Below are positions 29,501-40,500 of a stretch of 64,000 bases of DNA, in pieces. The stretch lies in NCBI GenBank assembly GCA_964590205.1, contig CAZPVO010000003.1, positions 67,643-131,642 on the forward strand, given 5' to 3'. Position 1 is the stretch's first letter, and each line of letters opens with the position of its first letter. The notes under the pieces were generated by a model that was given only the letters and a program-made list of their open reading frames with translations, made no database searches and was not told the origin of the DNA. Source of the stretch: an uncultured Candidatus Saccharibacteria bacterium (lineage in GTDB: Bacteria; Patescibacteriota; Saccharimonadia; Saccharimonadales; JAGQNJ01). The position numbers were made by a program, and so were the translations under genes.

Positions 29501-30366
29501 CTTAGTAGCTGATCGATTATTTTGGCGAGTTCTTTATCGCTGACAAAGTGAATTTCGAGGCGACCGCCTTTGGCAGTACGCTTAATGGTGACTGGCGCCT
29601 TGATCTTATCGCTTAAACTTTGGGTTTGCGGCGTGGTTTTGGCCATTTTAGAACGGACGGCTTTAGTGGTTGTGGCTCCCTGTTTGGTTGACACCACAAA
29701 CTGTTCGGCCTGGCGTACCGACCAACCATATTTTTCTATAGAGTCCAAAAGCTCGGTTTGCTTTTCAGGTAAATCTTTCAGCGCTAAGATTGCTCGAGCA
29801 TGCCCCTCGCTAATCTTTTGTTCCCGTAAAGCTTGCTTAGCAGGTTCAGGCAGTTGCAGCAAACGAACGATATTATTAACAGTGGTCGTTGCTTTGCTTA
29901 AACGCTTAGCGATGTCACCGTAACTCATACTAAACTGATCATGCAAGCGCTCGATTGATTGAGCTTGCTCCAGCGGTGAAAGATCGACACGTTGGACGTT
30001 TTCAACCAAGGCGATCTCGAGTTGTTCCAGTTCCTCTGTCGAGCGCACAATGACTGGCACATGTTTATGCCCCGCCAGCTGTGCGGCACGCCACCGACGT
30101 TCACCTGCAATAATCTCGTAACTGCCGCCTCGTTTTGTGACTACTAATGGCTGAACAATGCCGTAATTTTTTATCGACTCCGATAATTCACTGAGCGCTT
30201 GCTCATCGAAGTGTTTTCGTGGCTGATCTGGATTCGGCCTAACTTGATCTACTGGCAGTTGTTGTACTCGTTCACCCTGCTCAGTTAAGAGTGAGGCATC
30301 TAAATCCTGCGGGATTAAGGCATCGAACCCTTTGCCCAACCCCTTATTGGCTGCTTTGGTAGCCAT
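29497..30366 (-). CDS. parB: Chromosome partitioning protein ParB/Spo0J
   Basis: GLGKG, PNPDQPRK.F, IIAGERRWRA, ENVQR.DL, GHARA. Confidence 0.96.
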   Translation of the reverse strand: MATKAANKGLGKGFDALIPQDLDASLLTEQGERVQQLPVDQVRPNPDQPRKHFDEQALSELSESIKNYGIVQPLVVTKRGGSYEIIAGERRWRAAQLAGHKHVPVIVRSTEELEQLEIALVENVQRVDLSPLEQAQSIERLHDQFSMSYGDIAKRLSKATTTVNNIVRLLQLPEPAKQALREQKISEGHARAILALKDLPEKQTELLDSIEKYGWSVRQAEQFVVSTKQGATTTKAVRSKMAKTTPQTQSLSDKIKAPVTIKRTAKGGRLEIHFVSDKELAKIIDQLLS

Positions 30367-30369
30367 ATT

Positions 30370-31131
30370 TTATCCTTCTCCCACCCGTTTACTTACTTCT
30401 TTAGCTAGTTGCTTATAAGCACGTGCGCCTTTTGACCACTTGTCATGCTCGGCAATACTTTTGCCAAAACTGGGCGCTTCCGCCAAACGAATATTACGAG
30501 GTACTACTGTTTCAAACAGCTTATTGTCGAAGTGTTTCTTCAGTTCGTTATAAACATTATCAGACAACGTTGTGCGACTATCGAACATCGTGACCACAAC
30601 ACCCAGTAACTCTAGCCCAGGATTCAAACCACCTCTGACACGTTGCACTACATCAAGTAGTTGGCTAAGTCCTTCGAGTGCATAATATTCAGCCTGAACA
30701 GGAATCAGCACCCAGTTCGCCGCTGTTAAAGCATTAATACTCAGGAGCCCAAGAGATGGCGGACAATCAATGAGCACTATGTCATAAGAAAGCCCAGTTA
30801 ATACCTGTTTGAGTTTACTCTCACGGTGTTGAGCTGATACCAGTTCAACTTCGGCAGCCGCAAGTGTGGCGTTGGCTGGAATGATATGAAGATTTTCATC
30901 AATTTCTAACACCGCTTTGGGCCTCTCAACACCGTTAACTAATAAATCATACGTTGTAACTTCTTGCTGGGCTTTCGGAATGCCGAACCCGCTTGTGGCA
31001 TTACCTTGGGGATCAAGATCAACAACCAACACATTTTTGCCCTGCCTTTGTAGATAAGCCGCCAAATTAATAGCACTGGTAGTTTTCCCTACCCCACCTT
31101 TTTGATTTAGTATGGCAATTGTTTGTGTCAC
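30370..31131 (-). CDS. parA: Chromosome partitioning ATPase ParA/Soj
   Basis: NQKGGVGKTT, DLDPQGNA, IDCPPSL, PRNIRLAEAPS. Confidence 0.97.
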   Translation of the reverse strand: MTQTIAILNQKGGVGKTTSAINLAAYLQRQGKNVLVVDLDPQGNATSGFGIPKAQQEVTTYDLLVNGVERPKAVLEIDENLHIIPANATLAAAEVELVSAQHRESKLKQVLTGLSYDIVLIDCPPSLGLLSINALTAANWVLIPVQAEYYALEGLSQLLDVVQRVRGGLNPGLELLGVVVTMFDSRTTLSDNVYNELKKHFDNKLFETVVPRNIRLAEAPSFGKSIAEHDKWSKGARAYKQLAKEVSKRVGEG

Positions 31132-31157
31132 GCTTCCCTCTTCGCTTTTCTAAACAT

Positions 31158-31194
31158 AAGCTTAGCACTTCCCTACTTTCACGGCAACGTGAAA
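31158..31194 (-). promoter_or_regulatory. parAB promoter with overlapping inverted repeat
   Basis: Minus strand TTGCCG-17nt-(TGc)TAAGCT; TTTCACG-GCAA-CGTGAAA palindrome (31177-31194) covers the -35. Confidence 0.55.
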
Positions 31195-31352
31195 TATACA
31201 TGTTCAACTAGCATTATATGGCTCCTAATCGTACTAGCATTATCCGGCTACCAAGTTTTCCCCTCTTGTATCCTTACTGCCCACATGTGAAGATTACTTT
31301 TTTGATTATTTTACGACACGAATAAAGTCCCTGTATTGGCCCATAGGTATGT

Positions 31353-31513
31353 CTGGATTTCTCGACTGAATAGATATAGTTGTTGTGAGAATAAGGCGAC
31401 CTTGGGTGCGAGGACTGATCGACGAGTAAAAGTTGCCAGTGGCAAGTTTTACAAGGAGTTCCGCAGCAAGCCTTATTACAACAGCAACTACCTCTAGGAA
31501 TGAGAGTATCCAG
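31353..31513. repeat. ~160-nt imperfect rod-like hairpin (ncRNA or palindromic element)
   Basis: CTGGAT/ATCCAG, TTCTCG/TGAGAG, TAGTTGTTGT/ACAGCAACTA, AATAAGGC/GCCTTATT, TAAAAGTTGCC-AGT-GGCAAGTTTTA apex. Confidence 0.6.
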
Positions 31514-31520
31514 GAGCTTT

Positions 31521-31553
31521 GGTTACTTTGGCGGCCCAGAGTAACCTCTGTTC
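31521..31553. terminator. Hairpin just past the end of the giant gene, possible terminator
   Basis: GGTTACTTTGG-CGGC-CCAGAGTAACC; only a weak T tract on the + strand. Confidence 0.4.
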
Positions 31554-34500
31554 TATTGTTGAACTTGGTAGTTCATGATCACATCTGTTGAGGCTGGTGT
31601 TTCAAAGTAGATCGTGAAGTCTTTATCAGTGCTATCGACACGGTAGCGAGGCGCAAACGTATCCTTAGGCGTTAGTATGACAACTGGTTCACTACCCAGG
31701 TCGTATGGTTTCACGAAGGTAAACTTGAGCTGCGTCTGACCAGCTGGGATTGTCAGCGTTCCCCTAGTATCGGTATTGCCAAGCAAATGTCCCTGGATGG
31801 TAATGTTGCCGGCGAAGGTGGCGTTACCAGTAACTGTTAGTTGAGCTATTGTGGCCGCTCCAGTCACAGTCAGGTTGTGTACTGTCGCAGTACCTGAGAC
31901 ATTAAGGCTCGCGAAGTTGGTGTTGCCTTGGTTATTCTCAAGCGCACTCACACGTTGGCTCAAATCACTTATCTGTCCAGTAAGGTTACTAACACTGTTA
32001 TTTGAAGTTGTTTGCCCCTGCTGTAAGCCAGTTATTTGCAGGTCTTGCGTCTGAGCGGCACCAACCAGATAAGGGATGATTGCCTGGTAGTTGGCGACAT
32101 AGTAGCCGTTACTGTCTTGGGAAACAGCTTGAGGGAGTATTTGCATAAGCTCTTGGGCGATGAAGCCTTCTTGGTTCTTCTGTGTTGGATCATCATTCCA
32201 GGTAAAGTTCACACCTCGAAGCTGCTTAATAACATCGAGGCCATTGGCGATAGTTACTACATTACCCTTGAGCCGAGCGTCAGATGAACAGGCGAACTGA
32301 GTACCGGCGCCTGGGCTAATAGTACAAGTCTCGGCACCGGCGTTATTAAATTGCGCTACAGCACTACCACTGGTAGCTGCATTGGTAAAGGCAAAGACAT
32401 TTGAAGCATTAACACCCAAGGTAACATTGCCGTTATTAGCAGCATTTCGCCAGGCGATGTTGTTATTATTTTGAAGTCGCACTGCGCCTGCATCAGCACG
32501 ACTACTCCCTACCCCTAAGTATACCCCTGCGACCCACGCCCCGCCAGTTGAGGAAATGCCGCTAGCATTTGTCGTAATATTTCCGGCACTACTGATAGAA
32601 AAGTCAGTACCGACCGCAAAGGCATCATCGGTTTTAAGAGTATCAGCTGCACTGCGATATAGGTTGGTATCTCGTGATGAACCAAATGCCAGACCAGCAG
32701 CGGCACTTGTATTATCTGCGTCACTACCAACCCAAAGAGTTTGAGTCCGAGCCGTGCCAATTGCAATACCATAGTTTGTTCCGCTACCACTGTTAGACGC
32801 TCCAACCTTTATTCCATAATTAGTCGCGCCTGAGGTTAGGCCATCAATGTTAATGCCGTAGTTGTTGGTAACCACGGGTGCGCCATCAATAGTAGGGGCG
32901 TCGAGCTGAATACCATATATGTTAGACACTGTCAGACCCGAGCATAAGCCACTACATCCACCACTACCGCTGAGAGAAACTGTATTATGGAAGCCATACA
33001 TATTGGTTGTGGTGCTACCACTTATACCGAGGTTAGATACATTATTGCTAAATCCTGTATATGAAGCCATCGTGCCACTGCCCCCAATACTGCCTCCGAC
33101 ACCATAGCCATAGGCGTTGTCGGCAGTGGTAAGTGACATTGCAGCATAATAATTATAAGCGTTGCTTGTGCCCGCACCAGCATTGTCAGCTGAAACGTTC
33201 GAATAGACACCATACGTATTTGCGGTGCCACCAGTAGCACCTGTACGCGTAACATTTATCACTTGACCAAACGTTGTATCTGTACCGCTTGTCGTTACAC
33301 CAGTATTGTTTACAGTAGTCACTTGTCCTTGCAGCGATCCGGCAGTAGCACTTGCACTACTCTGAGTCACGTTCAACGGTGCTAAGCCAGACTTATTACC
33401 ATCACCTCCAAAAGATGAACTACCTTGCGCTGATAGACCTTGTCCAAACGATGCAGCACCCTGCACACTCAGATCACCGGCATCAGTAATGGTACCTTCG
33501 GTATAAAGTTGAGAGGCAGCAATACCACCGGCCGATAGCTGTTGGATATATGCTCCCCCCATATCGTAGATGCGCAAGTTACCATTTGCGTTCATATACG
33601 CATAGCGTCCAGCAACTTGTATGGTCTGAATAGCATTGCCGACGTTTGCGTTTGAAAGCACCGAAAAGGCATTGCTCGGTACGGTAACATCATAAACCGA
33701 GAAGCTTGTAGCAGCCGTGTTGCCGCCAAGATAGGCATAGTTACCTTGGACCCATATGGCCTGGTTTGTTGCACTACCGGTTGTGACGCTCTTAGTTAAG
33801 GTTGGCGCTGTCGGGTCACTAACATTTATAATTTCGAATTTACCACTGCTCTCACCAAGGTACGCATAGCTTCCTTTTACGAATATTGCATTCACGGCTG
33901 CGCCGATACCAGTGCCGGTTGTGCCATTGGTACCTGAAGAATTGATGAACCCGGTCGTAGTAACAGAGTAAGGATTAGAGATATCTGCGATGTATAGGTT
34001 AGTAGTTGTAGAGGTGTAATATATATATTTACCTTGGCCAAATATTTCACCATTACCGGATGCTACAGGTGTCCAGGTGCTCGTAACAGATGGAGATATT
34101 GGATTCGAAACATCCATTATTCTTACAACGCCACTACCCGTACTTATATAGGCATAGTGCCCTTGAACCCATATGCCGTTTGATGTTGCACCCCCATGAG
34201 CCGTTGTCGATACAATACTTGGCGACTTCGGATTACTAATATCAATGATCTGTAGGCTTGTAGAGGTGGCTACATAGGCATACTTACCTACCACTTGAAT
34301 CGATGTGGCAGTCCCAGTTAGCGCAGTAGAACCCAAATTAACCGGATTAGCTGGGTCAGAAATATCTTGTGGGACCAAAAAGGCACTCGTTATCGAATAG
34401 GCATAATTACCTTGAACCCATGTATCAATAGTACTCGCGAATGCAACCGAACCAATTTGCTGCGGGGCTGCCGCAAAGCTATTCTTAAATGTTGCGCCAG

Positions 34501-37500
34501 TACTGACATGCAGATCACCATCAATATTCACATTTCTATCGAAGTTTGCGCTACCTTGCACATCAAGTGACCCAACAATATGCGTGTTGCCGGCGGTAAG
34601 ACTGCCTCCAATACTGCCGGAAGGATCAGAACCCGAAGCATCCGACAAAGCTTGATTGCTCAGGCCAACCAGATCAAGCGAACCACCAACCAGTACACGG
34701 GCTGTGCTCGCGTAATAAATATTACTATATACAGTGCCCGATGATGCGTTAGCAGACGCACCGCCAAGACTATAGATATAGCCGTTGTCGGCTACACTTG
34801 CCTGACCAAGCAATGACTGAGGTAATGTATAGCTGGACGTCTGGAAAGTTCCCAGGGTTCCATCACCGTTAAGTTTGGCGTAGTAGATAGTGTTATTTGT
34901 GTTAGTTGAACCAGTGGTACTACCGCCAATAACATATACATACCCATTAACAAAGGCGCCCGAATGGTACTGACGGTTAGCAGGAAGTGTTGGTGTGCTT
35001 AGGGTTTGGACGTTACTGTTAGCACCAGTTAATGGATCAAGTGTCGTAGTAATAATGGTATTGTTTGCCCCACCACCAATAATGTAGGCCGTGTTATTGG
35101 CTACAACTACTGTGGCATTAGCGCGTCCGCCAACTGTCGTACCAGTATTCCACGCCGTAGCACTTGAACCATTGCCACCAAGACTACCGTCAGAGTTAAC
35201 CTTTGCGTAAAATAGGGCACCGGCACCTCCCGATGCAGAATAAATATAGCCATTAGCCGTAAAGACAACATGGCCAGACTTGGCAGTCAAACCACTAGTG
35301 TTGCCGCTTTGCCAGGCACCTGTCGAACCATCAGAGTTAATTTTTGCATAATAAACAGTCGTTTGGTTCGATCCGTTATTTGCAGCATGACCACTGACGA
35401 CATACATAAAACCGTTAACCACAACTGGATTGCCGAACTCTCCTCGCGCTGCTGGCAGTGACTGGGAAGCAGTTGTCCATGAGCCAGTTGAGCCATCAGC
35501 ATTAATTTTTGCATAGTACACAGCGGTTGTTGCGGCTGAGCCATTAGCAGTTGCAGTGAATCCGCCTACTGAATAGACATAGCCATTGTAGACAACTGAG
35601 CCATTACCATAAACGCTGGCTGGCAAGCTGTTGTTGTTCTTTTCCCATGGGCCAGTTTCACCGGTATTCTGGTTATTGAGTGTAATATGGTTCTGGAAAG
35701 CACCTACTTGTAGGTTTTGAGCGGGAGCTGTGTACGTAAGCCCTGTCGCTCCTGAGACAATCGTTACCCCATCAACAAAAATGTTTCGAGCAGTAGCGTC
35801 GCTTTGCTTAATATATGCACCTGCTACCGTCGTACCATTAGCGCCAGCAACAAGAGTAGAACATGTGAACAGCGTCCAGGTTGTGTTAAGGGTTTGGCCG
35901 GTAAGACAGTTAATGTCAGATCCATTGCTAGTGAGGCCTATCTGTGCCGTTGTCATGCTGCCGCTGTCGACACGAGCATAGAAGCTTACGCTGTAGGTGC
36001 CACCGGCTGGAAAGGCCAGGTTAAAGGTGGCTCCATCGTTGGCTGCTGCGGTGGTGGCAATCTTAAGAGATCGACTCCCGAAGTTGGATAAGCTGTCGTC
36101 ATCGGTAATGGTAGCGCTACCCTTGGCGGTAACAAGTGAAGTATTTTGTTCAAAGTTCGGGTTTCCAAACAGGTTCAGGCCACTCGTCAGCGTATTTATC
36201 TTCAAGATGTCTGCTCCAGAAGCATTATCTACCCTGAAAGCTGAAGTTGAATTTGCAGCGTTTTGGAACAAGGCCGAACCGTTATTGCCGCTGATGGTCA
36301 CTACCGTACTCTGGGCGTTCTGCGTACTACCAGTAGAGCCAGCCGCTGCAATCTTAATATTCACATCGCCACCATTACCGGTACCCGTGCCAACCCCGCC
36401 ATTTAGATTCAGTGCACCGCCAGTTGTATTAGAAAGACCACTGGCTGCATTGCCTCCTTGTACGCTAAGCGCTGCAGCTGTAACGCCTGCACTCGAACTG
36501 CCAGTTGCATTTAGCGTAAAGGCAGCTGGTGTTGCTGATGTAACACCGTTACCAAAGTAACCCGATGTTGCAGTACTGGAAGCAGCTTGTCCTAGCTGGA
36601 CAACTAACTGGTTAGCAGCTGTCGAGGCTGCTGATGCACCGAGTACTACGGTGTCGCTAAAGGCAGACGAAGCACTACCCCCCAAAATAACGTTTCTATT
36701 TACCGTACCACTGGCTGCCGCACTGGACCCGAGGATGACGCAGGTTGCACAGTTGCCACCACTAGCACTTGTGCCAATAATGACGTTACCCGCCGAAGAA
36801 CTGCCGGTTGCGCTAGTACCAATTACGACTGCGTTGCCACTTGGTGAAGTGGCACTATTTCCAATTACTACAGTGTTGTTACCGGCTGCTGTGGCGCCTG
36901 AACCAAAGCGTTCACTGCTACTACCTGCACCAGGACAGCTTAGGCTTCCATTAGTTCCACTAATCGTACAAGCTGTTGCCAAACTGTTTACCGAGGTGCC
37001 TGATGTACCTGCCGCAGAGTATTGAAAGATAATGTTACCACCCGCAACATTACCTGTACTCTGGCCACCGGCCAATATTAAGTCACCTCCTGCTGTGTTG
37101 CTTGTACCAGTTGTTGAGCTACCGGCTTGCAACTGAATAGCAGTACCTGCTCTACCGGCAGTGTTACTACCTTCGCCTGTAAGCGTAAACGAAGATGGAT
37201 TAAGTGCACCAGCTGTTGCCAGACCAAAGTACGCAGTATTACTGGTATCAAAAACCAGCCGGGTTATATTATTTGTTTTAATTGCCAGCGTATTGTTATC
37301 GAGCGTACCGAGTACTCCCGGCGTACTTGCCCCAAGCGTATTGCCACCTTGCGCCCAGTAAGTACCACTTGCCTGGTAGCCTGAGCAGACCGAACCAGTC
37401 GTACAAATTGTGCCGCTTTCATCTGGTAGCGTAAATGTTCTGCTTGCCGTAAAAGTATTGGCACCGAGTATCGATCCAATAAAGCCATTGCCAGCTGTAC

Positions 37501-40500
37501 TATCGTGAAAAGCCAAAATCCCTTTAATTGGTGTCGTATCGTTGCCAAGTGCTACACCAGGTACTATCCCGCTCGTAACAATAGTGAGAAGAGAAGCTCC
37601 ATCAGACCGTTTAACAGCAAACGCTGAAGCAGAGTCGACACTGTTTTGGAAAGTGGTCGCACCGCCAACTGCAATGGTTGCTTGGGTTACATTGTTAGTT
37701 TCAAACTTGAAGTTGTTGCTGTCGTTAGTACCAAGAATTACATCTGAACCGAAGCTATTACCGTTATTAAGAATGTCGCCTGTCCCACCAATTCCGGCAC
37801 AGTTACCACTGGTCAAACAAACCGTACCCGAAGCATTTGGCAAAGAAATAGCATACGTGCTTGAGCCTGGGTTAGATGCCGATAGACTAATCGAACCTGA
37901 GCCGCCTGAGTTATAGAATGTTAAGCTGCCGGTTGCACCTGAGGCTCGTCCAAAATAGAAGTTTCCACTTGCCGTAACACCAGAGACTGCATTGCCGCTA
38001 CTGTCTTGGAATTGCAACAAATCAGCCGTCTGGCTTGATTTAGCTTTTATAAGACCAGTGATGCTGCCAGTGGCAGAGCTTTGAACTGCAAAGTTTGCAT
38101 TGCTCTGAACAGTTGTCGAGTTATTAATGTAATTACCAGAGCCGCTCGACGATGCAAAACCACAATTGGTTGAGTTTTGTATACAAATTGTGCCGCTTTC
38201 GTCAGGCAGATTAATTGTTCGTGCACCGGTTGCAGCTACCACGCTTAGCGTTGTCGTATTAGAGTTTGAGCTATTATTGAAAACAAGCGTACCAGAGCTA
38301 GAAGATGCTTGGCCAAGTAAAACTGAGCCATTAGAGGTATTGGCAGTCAGAATGTTATCACCGAGCGACGTGAGGATCCTGAAGCCGGCCGATGAGTTAG
38401 TGCTATTCTGGAAGGTTGTAGCTCCCCCATTTGCGATGGTGACTTGTGTATTATTCCCTGTAATAAATTGTAGACTGTTTGCATCTGTTGTTCCGAGCTT
38501 GGCAGTTGCACTAAACGCATTTCCATTTTGAGTAAAGTAATTGCCGCTTGCTTGGTAGCCACTACAAACTGAACCAGTTGTACAAACAGTTCCATTTTCG
38601 GCAGGTAGTGTAATCGTATATGCAGTCGGCCCTGGATTTGCAGCATTGAGGGTTATTGAGCCAGCACCCGCGGCATTGTATAACAACAAACTACCCGATG
38701 TAGAACTTGCAGTACCTAATACTGCAGTGCCCGTTGGCACTGTCAACGTACTACCAACTATAAAGTTGCCATCTGTTTTTAGCGTGGCTGCTGCTGAACG
38801 ATATAAGTTTGTATCACGAGAAAGTCCGAATCCTATGCCAGCCGCAGCCGTCGTATTATCAGCATCACTCGAGAGCCAAAGGGTCTGAGTATCAGCAGTA
38901 CCGACTGCTATACCGTAGTCGACCGTTCCAGCCGTTTGCGGCTGTACATTAATACCAAAGTTAGTGCCAATGGTGCCGCCGCCACTATTAACTGCAGATA
39001 ATACGAGTTGACCAGCGGCATTGGTGATCGTACCTGATGAGGTATTACTAACAAGTGTGCCAAGACCTATTGCGCTTGTTACAGTACCACTAGCATTGTT
39101 ATCACTCAGAGCAAGCATTCCAAATTCAGAAGTAACAGAGCCAGCGCCGTTATTTCTTGCCCAACCTGACGTACCAATAACTGTACTGACCGCCCCCGTC
39201 GTGCTCACATTAGTTGTTCCAGCAGTTGAGGTATATACCCCTGAGTAGTTGATTCCTGATCCGGTCAAACCTAAACTACCATCCAAAGCTGTCGAAAAAA
39301 CCGTCGAATCAGAAGGAGGGCTTAGCGTAATCCAATCTTGGATACCTGTTACCGCACCACTAGTATTTGAATAGCTTTCCTTGGTTTGCACCAACACATT
39401 AGGACTAATAGAGGCATTGCCACCGACTGCAAGCTGACTGCCAACCGTAAGGTCATTATTAACATTTACATCACCCGATGAAGTCACAGTCAGTCTTGTG
39501 ATGTTATGAGTCTCGAAATTTAAATCATAGTTATCGTTTGTACCGATAGTAATAGCTGAGCCAAAAGCGTTACCACCATTGTTGATGTCACCGCTACCGC
39601 CACTACCATTACAGTTATTGGCGGTTGTGCAAATATCATACGTACCAGAACCTGCTGCCGTCGCAAATTTGTATGTTGTTGTTCCACCTGCCCCATCAGC
39701 TAACTTAAAGTAAATGTTTCCGTCTGTTCCAGTGAGACCACCTATTCCACTGCCCGCCGTACCAGCCTGGAACGTAATATTGCCCCCAGCACCATTGGTT
39801 GAGCCATTTGGTGCGTCACCGCCATTCCCGGCCTGCAAGCTGATAGACGAACCCGCACCACCGATTTGCCCGGTTCCTCCAACTGTATTGCCACCTTTAG
39901 CCCCCAGTACATTAAGAACTGGATCGGCATCTGTCCCGTCAGATCCCGAGTCATTTGGTGATGAACTATTAACTGTAAGCGTTGCTGAAGGAGTCCCCGC
40001 ACCAATAATTACCCTTTTATCAGTTGTATCGACAGTCAGAACATTAGACCCAGCAGTATTTTTAACCTGAAAGGCTGTACTACTATTGGTTGTTGGCGCC
40101 AATGTGAAGCGGTCAGTTATGATATCTCGAACATACTCGGTGCCGTAATAGGCTGTTGGCGAACCGATATTAGAACCAGTTACGGTGTCAGAAGCCGAAC
40201 CAAGGTTAGCAAAGCGTAGTCTTTGGTTGGATGCATCGTAGTAAGCCAACTGGGCGTAACCATCAGGGCCTATTGCAGCAGAAACATACTGACCAACATT
40301 CGCCGAACTGTCGACTGTTGAAATAGTTGGGTTGGCACAGGTTTTGTCATCACAAGAAGCAAATTTTAGAGTGTTAGGAGTAGTATCATAATATGCGATT
40401 TGTGGCACACCTTTGGCATTCAGCACAATACTTGTGGCTTGAGCATCGGAAGTGTTATCAACCGTTTGGGTCGTCTTGGATGAGCAAGCCGCATTAAGAC

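Noticed and set aside
35730-40070. Numerous + strand ORFs within the giant gene
   Set aside because: Antisense frames kept open by Gly/Ser/Thr/Ala codon bias; no recognisable motifs.
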